DNA of 64,000 nucleotides from an uncultured Flavobacteriales bacterium (GCA_902462305.1 CABQBC010000002.1:76825-140824); one strand, 5' to 3'; numbered from the stretch's first letter, positions 28,457 through 38,315 are shown. Notes: generated from the letters alone by a model not told the origin. Numbers and translations: made by a program.

Positions 28457-29776
28457 CTATCTTCCGTTGTATAGTATTATTACCATTGTAGCCATTACTA
28501 CATAGGCATAGTATTTCCAGTCGAGTTTTATCCTTTTTTCGGAATCCATAATGGCACATAACGCGAATATGATCGGGATGAACGTAATCTGGTAACGCAT
28601 ATCCAACGAAACTGCCGAGAGTATCCACATAACAAACCCCATGAAAATAAACACCATCATAGGATATAATTTATAGACATAACCGCGCATTACATACCAC
28701 ATGCCTAAAATAAAATGGTACGACAGCAGGACTTTAACAATAAGCGCTCCACTGAATATTATAGCATAACCATTTGTCCTGTTGAAATTAGGAAAAGGCC
28801 CCATTAACGCACCCACCACCTGTGTCATCCAGTTGAACGAAGAATTATCCGAAACAACGCCGAAACGGGAATTGGACATTTCCAACACCTGTGAAAGAGA
28901 CATGTGTGTAAATCTAGCCAATATTATATCTATAAATACAAGCCCTACAACCATCCCGGCAAGACCTATCCACAGCAGTTTTTTCCTGTTTTTTTCATTT
29001 GCCACAAATATAGCGAACAACGAAATTACGAGCATCAGAGCCAAAGCCACCCTGAAAAAATAGCAGGCAACTATGCTCACTAAAGCCAAAATCAAATTAC
29101 TTACACCGCCTGAATTCTTATAACGGTACATGTAATAAAACGCCATTATTACCAGCAGACAGAATATATTTTCTTTCAGCCCTACGGCAGCTATAGTGGA
29201 TAAAAACGGGGAAAATCCCCACACCGAAGTATAAATGCACGTTGTTTTTTTATCTATTGCCAGCAGCCGCAGAAACCGGAAAAAATAAAAGGCCGAAACC
29301 ATTATTACAGCCGCATTCAGGAAAATCATGAAATTCAACGAAGCGGTTTCGTCGTTACACAAATTGTAAACCAGATACAATATGGTAGGATAACCTAAAT
29401 CGTCTATATTATCATTTGTAAACGTCCATATATATTTCAGCACCTCGCCATAACTCTTACCTACATACAGCAGGCCCTGGTCGTGATATCCATATCCATC
29501 GCCGAGCGCAGGTCCGAAAGGCATACTTGGATCATCTGCAAGGAAAGCCGCCCTTGTCGAAAAAGCCATTACGGCTGACACCGCAAATATCAACGGCAGA
29601 ATATATCTCATCTTGTTAATACGGGACGAGATATATATGAAAAAGACATATACTACGGCAAAAACCGTTTCCAGCCACAGCATATAAGCAGGTATCGCCT
29701 CCTTATACCCAGTAACGACGTAATAGGAGAACAGGAAAAAATATAGAAATAAAGCAATGGACAATACCCTGTTCAC
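28457..29776 (-). CDS. O-antigen/oligosaccharide repeat-unit polymerase (Wzy-like) membrane protein
   Basis: 439 aa with 10 or more hydrophobic helices and low sequence complexity. Located between two glycosyltransferase genes. 4-nt overlap with the upstream gene. Confidence 0.65.
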   Translation of the reverse strand: MNRVLSIALFLYFFLFSYYVVTGYKEAIPAYMLWLETVFAVVYVFFIYISSRINKMRYILPLIFAVSAVMAFSTRAAFLADDPSMPFGPALGDGYGYHDQGLLYVGKSYGEVLKYIWTFTNDNIDDLGYPTILYLVYNLCNDETASLNFMIFLNAAVIMVSAFYFFRFLRLLAIDKKTTCIYTSVWGFSPFLSTIAAVGLKENIFCLLVIMAFYYMYRYKNSGGVSNLILALVSIVACYFFRVALALMLVISLFAIFVANEKNRKKLLWIGLAGMVVGLVFIDIILARFTHMSLSQVLEMSNSRFGVVSDNSSFNWMTQVVGALMGPFPNFNRTNGYAIIFSGALIVKVLLSYHFILGMWYVMRGYVYKLYPMMVFIFMGFVMWILSAVSLDMRYQITFIPIIFALCAIMDSEKRIKLDWKYYAYVVMATMVIILYNGR

Positions 29777-30960
29777 TGTTTCAATATTTTTAATCGTTCA
29801 AATTCAGAATAAAACGTCCTGCCCGATGCGCTTTCACGACAAATTCCGACATAAAACTCCCTGTCGGCCTTTACTTTGTGCAGAAAAGCCATAAGATTTT
29901 CGGCCTCGCTTTGCGATGGTTCCAGTCCGTTCAGCACGAAACCTTCCCTGCCATGCCCGACACTGCGGGCATAGTCGCCGGAATACCGGGTACAAACCAA
30001 AGGCACACCTGCGGCAAGGTATTCGCATATCTTTGTCGGAGAAGATACCTTGTTCAAAACCAGATCCTCCCTGAGCAAAAAACCGGCATCGAGTAGTTTC
30101 AAATGCGAAGGCACTTGTGAAAACTTCAGCGGGAGCACGGCGAAATTTTCCTTTCCCAAACCATCCAGCAAATCCCGTATGCCATCCGTAGGACTGTTGG
30201 TATATATCATAAGGAATACCCTCCGGTCCATCTCCTGCAACATCCTGAACAAGAAGATTATACTCTCTATGTTCTGCCATTTTTGAAGTCCCCCGCAATA
30301 ACCCAGCACAATCCTGTCCTTAAGGTCAATCCCCATATCCGCTACAGGAGCTTCCGAAAAACGGACGAAATCCACCCCGCACGATATTACCGTATAATCG
30401 CCCATTTTCATGCCTGTATTGGCCTCCAACTGGTCCTTAAGATTTTCGGAAACACATATGCAATGGTCGGAATCCTTAATGGACAAAGCCTGGGCGTCGA
30501 GCATCCATTTGACAAACCAGTTTCGTCGGTCCATATTCTTCATGGCTACAACTTCACTGTATAAATCGCCATGGAAATCGGTAACCATGACAGTTCCTTT
30601 TCTGCGGCACAGCCCGAAAAATATTCCCAGTATTTCGCTTTGTATTATATCGTAACGCCTCAGACGCGATACCGCACCGAGGATTACCTTTACGTACGAA
30701 ACCAACAGCCATGTCAGAAACCTGTTCCTGGATATCGGCAGAATATACGGAAATAATATCCAATCGGCACGCTTGTCCAGTTTTCTCTTTTCCACCACGC
30801 CGAAAGGCCATGCAGCGCCTTTTACAAAAGCAAGCACACTGACTCTGTATCCTGCTTTAGCATATGAATCTATGAAACTGTTGAGGCGGTGCCTGGCACC
30901 TTCGTCTATCCTTACATCAAGACCGGGGAAAACCAGAAGAACACGTTTTGTATTTTTCAT
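29773..30960 (-). CDS. glycosyltransferase family 4-like
   Basis: I prefer the start MKNTKRVLLVFPG at 30960. C-terminal SSPTKICEYLAAGVPLVCT resembles the GT4 EX7E region. Confidence 0.8.
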   Translation of the reverse strand: MKNTKRVLLVFPGLDVRIDEGARHRLNSFIDSYAKAGYRVSVLAFVKGAAWPFGVVEKRKLDKRADWILFPYILPISRNRFLTWLLVSYVKVILGAVSRLRRYDIIQSEILGIFFGLCRRKGTVMVTDFHGDLYSEVVAMKNMDRRNWFVKWMLDAQALSIKDSDHCICVSENLKDQLEANTGMKMGDYTVISCGVDFVRFSEAPVADMGIDLKDRIVLGYCGGLQKWQNIESIIFLFRMLQEMDRRVFLMIYTNSPTDGIRDLLDGLGKENFAVLPLKFSQVPSHLKLLDAGFLLREDLVLNKVSSPTKICEYLAAGVPLVCTRYSGDYARSVGHGREGFVLNGLEPSQSEAENLMAFLHKVKADREFYVGICRESASGRTFYSEFERLKILKQ

Positions 30961-31947
30961 ACCAATTCCAGACAATCTTTATACGTTATACTTTCGGCAT
31001 GTTTCATTATATATTTCATAGCATCCAAAGCAGAATACGTAAAATCCTTGGGATGGTCTATAAACACGGACACTTCACCTTTCCTGTTGTTGAGAAAAAA
31101 TGCCGCTGCTACGGACAAAGGTGAAATCCTGGACAATGTGAACATGGCTTTGGATGTACGTGGCGTGGCCGCCGGGGATAAATCCGGACGACAATGAGTC
31201 CCATCGGTTATGACCGAAAGTTTCTTTCTTGAAATACGGCGTGAAATGAAATCCACCCCTCTCCAGACAGCGGGAATAAGTGGTTATCGGCACTTCTATG
31301 AAACGGCCTGAACGGTCTTCTCTGCATACGTCTCCTTCAAATCGGAACAAACTTTTATCCGGAGCTCCGGTAAAGTCATATGCCGAATAGTTATCCCTAT
31401 ATTCAAGCCCTCTCGCAACAGAAGAGTCTATCGTTATTCCCGTTTTAAAAAATGCTTCGGCCAGATTAGCAAAGGGCTGAACGGCCCATCCTCCTGCACG
31501 GAAAGCGCAAACCCGGTAACCGGGACTAACCTGGGAAGCCAGTCCGTTTAGCAGTTTCGTCCCTTTTTCGAACATATCCAACACTTCTTCGGAAGAAAAA
31601 GCGGAAAGACTGTAACGGGAAAAATTGTCGAAATCCCATGTGCCGTCGCCATTATACACCGCATCCTCCCAATGCGGATGAAGATGCAGTTCTATGCGGT
31701 GTCCGCGACGGACTATATCTTTCAATTGGTTCAATATAAGGCCATAATCTTCAATCAGGGCTTCTCCCTGGCGCGACATGGCAGTCAGCATGGAGCAGTC
31801 TACAAAGAAATTCCCCTTGGCTCCGCACCGCTCCATACCGTCCAGTAAAAGCGATGTCGGCTCTATAAGAGTTTTACGCACGGTTCCCGAACGAACGCCG
31901 AAGAACAACTCATAGTCGTATGAAAATATTACCTTTCTTTTGCCCAT
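30957..31947 (-). pseudogene. polysaccharide deacetylase-like gene with an apparent internal frameshift
   Basis: The N-terminal ORF (31075-31947) reads VIFSYDYELFFG ... HRIELHLHPHWED. A second frame (30957-31256) reads ...MFTLSRISPLSVAAAFFLNNRKGEVSVFIDHPKDFT... and ends in TGA. That TGA overlaps the ATG of the next gene (ATGA). The total span is 3n+1 nt. Confidence 0.5.
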
Positions 31948-31962
31948 GCCATCGGTATTTTG

Positions 31963-32826
31963 TTATTTTTTCAGATGTTTATCGAAATACATGAAAATCC
32001 CTTCGGATACATCTTTCTTAAAAAAAGCATCAGTAAATAATGTAGTGTGATCGTAACCGTCCAAAAACACGGTCTTGACACCTATCGAATTTTTACGGAG
32101 TTTTTTCGCGAACGCCTTGTTAGGTATTATCCTCTCATCCGCATCATTTTCCGCCACCAGCACAAAATCAGGTATACCTTTGCCTTTGGCAATATGATAA
32201 TACGGTATCACATCTTCCCATTTACTCATATCGCGTCCGAAATTATCAATAAACGCAACTCCCCACTCGTATATCGTTATCTCATGCGGCGAATACAAAT
32301 AACTTCCTCCGTCATAAGCACATACACCATTTATGTATGAAAAGTCCAGCCCCACCTCCTTCAAATACCTCTCATCGGTAGATACGAGAGAGACCAGATG
32401 CGAACCGGATGAAACCCCGAACAAGAATATATTGTGTTTGTCCCCTCCGTATAAAGCTATATTTTCATAAACCCATTTTATCGCTTTGGAAATATCCCTG
32501 ACCTGTTTAGGGTGTCCGGCCATGTTGAAATTTACGGATACGCTCATATACCCGTTTTCCAACGCATGCGCGGCATGCCAGCCTGTCCATTGCGATTTGT
32601 CGCCATACATCCAGGCGCTGCCATGCACACACACCATTACCGGCAGTTTTTTCCCCGGTTCAAGATTACCGGCATAATATATATCCATACATTGGCCATC
32701 AGCCGTATAACTCACGTCCTGTACGCAGGCGAGCGTATATTCCGAAGGAGGATTCTCCGCCTTGGAACACGCAGCGAAAAATACTGCCAAGACCACCGAA
32801 ACAAACGCCTTAAATCTCGTGTCCAT
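31963..32826 (-). CDS. lipoprotein alpha/beta-hydrolase (esterase/lipase-like)
   Basis: SPII signal MDTRFKAFVSVVLAVFFAAC. VCVHGSAWMYGD (HGG-like oxyanion region) and GVSSGSH (GxSxG). Confidence 0.8.
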   Translation of the reverse strand: MDTRFKAFVSVVLAVFFAACSKAENPPSEYTLACVQDVSYTADGQCMDIYYAGNLEPGKKLPVMVCVHGSAWMYGDKSQWTGWHAAHALENGYMSVSVNFNMAGHPKQVRDISKAIKWVYENIALYGGDKHNIFLFGVSSGSHLVSLVSTDERYLKEVGLDFSYINGVCAYDGGSYLYSPHEITIYEWGVAFIDNFGRDMSKWEDVIPYYHIAKGKGIPDFVLVAENDADERIIPNKAFAKKLRKNSIGVKTVFLDGYDHTTLFTDAFFKKDVSEGIFMYFDKHLKK

Positions 32827-33631
32827 AGCAAAAGCCTTTTATATCGTCTCCTTCGTAACGGAATACCGTATCGTGTCCGGTATCTCCGAAAAATTTCCTG
32901 AGCATACTTTCGTTCTTTTCGTTATATACTCTGGCAAAACCTGTCTTTATCAACTTTGCAGGCGTACCGGCTATTATCGAATATTCAGGGACATCTTTCG
33001 TATAATCCCTGTTTACAAGGCTCTTATTGGCAACTATCGTATGGCCCGGCAGCACAGTCCCACGAGCAACGGAAACATTGTTTCCTATCCAGCTGTATCC
33101 GCCTATGTCTATCCTGCGCACTATACTGTCTATAGTGCGTTTTTCAATATCCATTATATGATGGCCGTTAGTATCTATCATATAAAGACCGGTGGAAAAT
33201 CTTGAAAAATCCCCCATACTAATGCTATGGTAACACATCATAATGGCATTATGTCCTACGGTGATCCCATTTCCTACGGCAAATACCGCACCCCTGTTTA
33301 CAAACAAAGAAAAACCGTTATATATTATCAAATCACCACGCACGACCATGGTCCCTGCAATCAAGAGTCTGTTCTTAACACCAGAAAAACCCGGGCCGAA
33401 AGATTTATATCCGAAACACACCATACCCTTGCGTATAGTATCGGCTTCTATTTTCATTTTCCCTTTGAGGGAAATTATCTTCAAAGGACCGTACACGTAA
33501 ACAGGCAACTTCACGGCCTGGGAAAACGGCAGAAGACGGAAATTCACATACAATGTCTTTATTATCCGCAACCTCGGCTTGGAAAATAACGTTTCAAGCC
33601 TGCCGAATATTCTGTTGAATAAATCACTCAT
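32810..33631 (-). CDS. hexapeptide-repeat (left-handed beta-helix) acyltransferase
   Basis: Repeated [LIV]G-x4 hexapeptide pattern (IGGYSWIGNNVSVARGTVLPGHTIVANKSLV). Overlaps both neighbouring genes. Confidence 0.8.
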   Translation of the reverse strand: MSDLFNRIFGRLETLFSKPRLRIIKTLYVNFRLLPFSQAVKLPVYVYGPLKIISLKGKMKIEADTIRKGMVCFGYKSFGPGFSGVKNRLLIAGTMVVRGDLIIYNGFSLFVNRGAVFAVGNGITVGHNAIMMCYHSISMGDFSRFSTGLYMIDTNGHHIMDIEKRTIDSIVRRIDIGGYSWIGNNVSVARGTVLPGHTIVANKSLVNRDYTKDVPEYSIIAGTPAKLIKTGFARVYNEKNESMLRKFFGDTGHDTVFRYEGDDIKGFCYGHEI

Positions 33632-35105
33632 GACTGAACAAATTATATTTTACTTTGGATTTAAGCATATTTTTAAACGTGAAAACAACGACTGCCATTA
33701 TACCCACATAGGCGGCAATCCTATATCCCCAATGTACGCGGGAAAGCGACAAGTACGCCGCCAAAGCCATTGTCCCCCAAATTGTAAGCACATTGCGGGA
33801 GATTATAAACTCAAGTGGCATCAGCTTCCTTTTAACATATAAAGGGTATATCAATATCGTGACAAGAGTATAGGATATGCAATAACTTATAGCCAGACCG
33901 ACGGAGGCATATTCCTTGAGCATGTAAAACGAGCCTATCAGTATCAGCCCCCATACCGTCACCGTCATAAGGTTTATCCATTGCATGTTATGTACTATGA
34001 ATATCCTGTTCATACCCTGTTTGTACATCACTATTATCATGTACAGTATGATAAAAACGAGTGTGTTGTTAAATTCCTCCCCTTGATATTCTTTTCCGAA
34101 GAGATATCCGCCCGCTTCCGGAAAACACAAGAACGGCAATCCTATCATTATCCCCAGAAACCAGGGAACCAATATATTCAGTTTTTCTATAACATCGTTA
34201 TCCGCCTTACTTCCGGACATAAACGACACGAACGGGGCATTCATGGTATTGGCAAGTACGGCAACTATGGTATATATCAAAAAAGCCGCCGAATAAATCC
34301 CCATAGCCGAAAAACCGGAAGTGTTCACCAGCATCACGTCTGTGTACCATTTTAAAGGTATGGAAATTATACCCGCCAATGCTGCAGGAAGGCTGAAAAT
34401 GTACAAAAGCCGCCATTCCCTCCATCCTTCCCTGAAATTAAGAGAAATGAGGCCTTTTTTAGCAAAAGAATATATCGCAGCCTGGTTTTGTATGCACAAT
34501 ACCATAGTGGTAATACCAAGCGCCACCACACTGCCCGTTGTACCGAAATAATAAGCTCCGGCCACAAATACGGGAAACGAAACGAATGCGTTTACCAGGT
34601 TTATCACGGCTATCCTGCGGAACTGCCTCATGCCTTGCAGCACGCCTGTCTGCGCACCTTCCAATGCACTGAAAAACAATATAAATGACGCTATCCTGAA
34701 ATCAGTGGCAAGCCTTGCGTCCTTTATCACCGACTGGGCTATGACATCCGAAAATGCAAATACGATAAGCGATATGGACAGGCCCATTATCACTGAAAAA
34801 GATAAGGTAAGCGAAGCTATCCTCCCCGACTTGGCGACATCTTCGTTTATATAACGGGCCACGAACCTGGTAGCCGTGACACTGAGTCCGAAACCGGCGA
34901 ACGCAGAAAACATCAGTACGGTATTACGGATCAACCCATACTCGCCGTAGCTTTCCCGGCCCAGAATCCGGGCCACGAGTATCCACGACAAAAACACCAA
35001 CGCTTTCGAGAGTACCGAACCGAACAAAGACCAAAAAACACCTTTCACCAGCCCTTTCAAATCATCGGATTGTCTGGAATACAATGTTTTTACCGAATTG
35101 AGCAT
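33624..35105 (-). CDS. wzx: oligosaccharide flippase (Wzx, PST/MOP family)
   Basis: 493 aa with about 12-14 TM helices. The N-terminal region LVKGVFWSLFGSVLSKALVFLSWILVARILGRESYGEYG is typical of polysaccharide flippases. Confidence 0.85.
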   Translation of the reverse strand: MLNSVKTLYSRQSDDLKGLVKGVFWSLFGSVLSKALVFLSWILVARILGRESYGEYGLIRNTVLMFSAFAGFGLSVTATRFVARYINEDVAKSGRIASLTLSFSVIMGLSISLIVFAFSDVIAQSVIKDARLATDFRIASFILFFSALEGAQTGVLQGMRQFRRIAVINLVNAFVSFPVFVAGAYYFGTTGSVVALGITTMVLCIQNQAAIYSFAKKGLISLNFREGWREWRLLYIFSLPAALAGIISIPLKWYTDVMLVNTSGFSAMGIYSAAFLIYTIVAVLANTMNAPFVSFMSGSKADNDVIEKLNILVPWFLGIMIGLPFLCFPEAGGYLFGKEYQGEEFNNTLVFIILYMIIVMYKQGMNRIFIVHNMQWINLMTVTVWGLILIGSFYMLKEYASVGLAISYCISYTLVTILIYPLYVKRKLMPLEFIISRNVLTIWGTMALAAYLSLSRVHWGYRIAAYVGIMAVVVFTFKNMLKSKVKYNLFSHE

Positions 35106-35266
35106 ATTCTGCGGTTTTATTCCGATTTTAAATCAATCATTATTAAAAAATCATGCGGCCATAGGGAATTTACGGACAACAGCCGACAAACCGTACATTC
35201 CTCCAATACTCTCAGGCATATGCACAGCCTCACGTTCAGTCTTTGCCGTCAAGGGTAAGACTATGA

Positions 35267-35869
35267 TCACCCCCCCCCCGTTTGTAAGGACATCCTTACA
35301 TTAATTCCATCCTTTTTCACTATATACGCAGGGACGCCAACAACAGTACAATTATCCGGAACATCCTTCACTACCACAGCATTCGCTCCGACTATACAGT
35401 TATTGCCCACCGTAACTTTGCCGATTATCTTAGCTCCGGCCTTTACCTGAACATTGTCCAACAGCACCGGAGCATCGGTAGCATTGGAATAACCGATGGT
35501 CACGCACTGGTTTATGTAACAATTATCGCCTATGCTCCTGGCGGCAATGAAAGTAGCGTCTCCGTGTTCTACAAACAGCCCCCTGCCTATGTTCTTAGTC
35601 TCGATATGAAGACTGGAGAGCGCAGGCACATAACAAAGTAAATACTTCCACTTACCTACACGGTAGTAAAACAAGCTCCTGTACTCCTTGTAATGAGCCA
35701 TTACGAAAATGAACTTCGATACCCGGTTGCCTATCCCATACCTGGAATACCTGTTCAGATCGGATAATATCACTTCCTTTTTACCGGAAAACAGAAATAT
35801 AAATATATGAGGCAGCAACAAAGGCGCCCAAAAGCAACATCTTAATATCTGTCCTTTACTCAAGTTCAT
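35267..35869 (-). CDS. serine acetyltransferase-like hexapeptide O-acetyltransferase
   Basis: C-terminal LbH repeats ([40 protein letters not shown]). The last three Gly codons and the stop lie in or against a G10 tract. Confidence 0.85.
   Translation of the reverse strand: MNLSKGQILRCCFWAPLLLPHIFIFLFSGKKEVILSDLNRYSRYGIGNRVSKFIFVMAHYKEYRSLFYYRVGKWKYLLCYVPALSSLHIETKNIGRGLFVEHGDATFIAARSIGDNCYINQCVTIGYSNATDAPVLLDNVQVKAGAKIIGKVTVGNNCIVGANAVVVKDVPDNCTVVGVPAYIVKKDGINVRMSLQTGGG
35270..35279. repeat. C10/G10 homopolymer tract abutting the acetyltransferase stop codon
   Basis: atcac-ccccccccc-g on the plus strand. The minus strand reads ACG GGG GGG GGG TGA. Confidence 0.95.
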
Positions 35870-37017
35870 ATTTCCCCCAATACGTTTACAATTCTACCGC
35901 ACGCCAAACCATCGCCGTAAGGATTTACCGCACGGCTCATTGCATCGTAATAGGCTTTGTCGTCCAAAAGGCGCGACACCTCATTCGTTATCCTCTCATA
36001 GTCGGTTCCCACCAGTTTCACGGTACCGGCATCGAGAGCTTCCGGCCGCTCGGTCGTATCCCTCATGACCAGCACCGGCTTGCCAAGTCCCGGAGCCTCC
36101 TCCTGTATTCCGCCGCTATCGGTCAGCACCACAGTACTCTTTTCCATAAGGAACACGAAATCGAGATATTCCAACGGTTCTATAAAGAACATATTATCGC
36201 CATAGCTATCCCCGAAAACTTCGGATATCGGCTTGCGCACATTGGGATTCAGGTGCATGGGATACACGAAATCCACATCGGGATATTTTTCCGTCAGCGC
36301 TTTTATAGCCTTGCACATACTGATAAAGCCGTCTCCGAAATTCTCCCTCCGGTGTCCGGTGATAAGCACAAGTTTCCTGCCGCCGTCCAGTCGCGACACA
36401 TCGTATCCGGCTTTAAGCAGGTTGTCTGCCAACCCTCCGGATAATTTCCCGTCGGCCTTTATCCTGTCGACAACCATGTACAGTGCATCAATAACCGTAT
36501 TGCCCGTTACGGTCACACTGCCGGGGGCTATATTTTCCTTCAACAGGTTTTCGCGGGACAAGGGCGTAGGCGCGAAATGGTAAGTTGCTATGCGTCCCGT
36601 TATCTGCCGGTTCATTTCTTCCGGCCACGGGCTGTATATGTCATGCGTACGCAAACCCGCTTCCACATGTCCCACCGGTATCTGCTGGTAAAAAGCGGCA
36701 AGCGCAGCCGCCGTGCTGGTAGTGGTATCCCCGTGTACGAGCACAACATCCGGACGGGCTTCCTTCAGAACATCCCGCATACCCGTCAGCACACGTGCCG
36801 TCACATCGTACAAATCCTGCCCCTGCTTCATTATGTTCAGGTCATAATCAGGTTTTATTCCGAAAATGTGAAGAACCTGATCAAGCATTTCACGGTGTTG
36901 GCCGGTAACGCATACCAATGTTTTGAACCGGTCGGCATGTTTTTCGAACTCCCTGACAAGCGGAGCCATTTTTATCGCTTCGGGGCGTGTGCCGAAAACG
37001 AGCATAACTGTTTTCAT
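35866..37017 (-). CDS. wecB: UDP-N-acetylglucosamine 2-epimerase (non-hydrolysing)
   Basis: [18 protein letters not shown]-terminus. 383 aa. The HGDTTT and SGGIQEEAP motifs are present. Confidence 0.95.
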   Translation of the reverse strand: MKTVMLVFGTRPEAIKMAPLVREFEKHADRFKTLVCVTGQHREMLDQVLHIFGIKPDYDLNIMKQGQDLYDVTARVLTGMRDVLKEARPDVVLVHGDTTTSTAAALAAFYQQIPVGHVEAGLRTHDIYSPWPEEMNRQITGRIATYHFAPTPLSRENLLKENIAPGSVTVTGNTVIDALYMVVDRIKADGKLSGGLADNLLKAGYDVSRLDGGRKLVLITGHRRENFGDGFISMCKAIKALTEKYPDVDFVYPMHLNPNVRKPISEVFGDSYGDNMFFIEPLEYLDFVFLMEKSTVVLTDSGGIQEEAPGLGKPVLVMRDTTERPEALDAGTVKLVGTDYERITNEVSRLLDDKAYYDAMSRAVNPYGDGLACGRIVNVLGEI

Positions 37018-37051
37018 ACTTATTAATTATTTCCTGTCCTGGTCCGTAGTG

Positions 37052-38254
37052 TTATTTCTTAAAGATTCCGCAGAAATCGAGTATCACCTTACCCTCGTCG
37101 TAAGGCAAGCTCTTGAACTGGTCATGAGCGACAAGGAACGCTACGATATCCGCCTTCTGATACGCCTGTTCGTAATCGGTAAGCTTGAACACTTTGTGCT
37201 CGGACACGTTCGGTTCCACTATCATATAATCCGCGTCTTCCCCCTCCATAACCTTGGAAGCAATGTATTTGGCCGGACTTTCGCGCAAATCGTCTATATT
37301 GGGTTTGAATGCCAGTCCCATAATGGCCACACGTGCCTTGCGGTTGTTTTTGAGCTCGAAATCCTTTATGGCCCGCTTCGTTTTTTCCGCACACCAGAAA
37401 GCCTTGTAATTGTTTATCTCACGCGATTTGGCTATAAGTTGCGACTCGACGGGAAAATCGGCCGTAATGAAGTAAGGGTCCACCGCAATGCAATGCCCGC
37501 CCACTCCGCTGCCGGGCCACAGTATGTTTACACGCGGATGTTTGTTGGCCAGCGCGATGAGTTCCCACACGTTTATTCCCGCTTTTTCACATATCAGGGA
37601 CAGTTCGTTTGCAAAAGCTATCTGCACGTCACGCGAAGAATTTTCCGTCAGCTTGCACATCTCGGCCGTCTTGGCGTTGGTGGGATGCAGTTTACCCTTT
37701 ACAAACTGCGAATAAAATTCGACGGCTTTTTCCGTTGACCGAGGGTCTATACCGCCTATCACACGGTCGTTGTGCACCAGTTCGTAAATGACATTGCCGG
37801 GAAGCACACGCTCCGGACAGTACGCTATGTATATTTTTCCTTCGAGTTCGGGACGGCATGAGAAAATGAGCGAAGACATTTTCTCGGTAGTTCCTACCGG
37901 CGAGGTGGATTCTATCACGAACAAATCGCCGGCTTTAAGCAAAGGTATCACCGCCTTGGTGGCTGCCTCCACGTACGATATATCCGGTTCATGGTTGCCT
38001 TTAAAAGGAGTGGGAACGACGATAAAATACGCGTCGCTCTCTTCCGGCACGAGTGAAGCCCTGAGGTTTCCGGACTTCACAACCCGTTCGAGCAACTCCT
38101 GCAACCCCGGTTCCACTATATGAAGTTTGCCGGCGTTCGTCATTTCCACCACCGACGGATTGATGTCCACTCCGGTCACTTCGACGCCGTTTTCAGCAGC
38201 AATTATCGAGGTGGGCAAACCTATGTACCCCAACCCCATAAAACAAGCTTTCAT
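37052..38254 (-). CDS. wecC: UDP-N-acetyl-D-mannosamine dehydrogenase (nucleotide-sugar dehydrogenase family)
   Basis: FMGLGYIGLP Rossmann motif and the catalytic-Cys context GSGVGGHCIAVDP. 400 aa, adjacent to wecB. Confidence 0.9.
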   Translation of the reverse strand: MKACFMGLGYIGLPTSIIAAENGVEVTGVDINPSVVEMTNAGKLHIVEPGLQELLERVVKSGNLRASLVPEESDAYFIVVPTPFKGNHEPDISYVEAATKAVIPLLKAGDLFVIESTSPVGTTEKMSSLIFSCRPELEGKIYIAYCPERVLPGNVIYELVHNDRVIGGIDPRSTEKAVEFYSQFVKGKLHPTNAKTAEMCKLTENSSRDVQIAFANELSLICEKAGINVWELIALANKHPRVNILWPGSGVGGHCIAVDPYFITADFPVESQLIAKSREINNYKAFWCAEKTKRAIKDFELKNNRKARVAIMGLAFKPNIDDLRESPAKYIASKVMEGEDADYMIVEPNVSEHKVFKLTDYEQAYQKADIVAFLVAHDQFKSLPYDEGKVILDFCGIFKK

Positions 38255-38307
38255 TTATTTGCGTATATTATTAGGATTAACAAATGTATCAAACGAGCAT
38301 TGTGCGG

Positions 38308-38315
38308 CAAATATA
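38308..38315 (-). promoter_or_regulatory. candidate -7 promoter box (TATATTTG) for the glycan operon
   Basis: The minus strand matches TAnnTTTG, 54 nt upstream of the wecC ATG. I found no convincing -33 TTTG. Confidence 0.3.
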
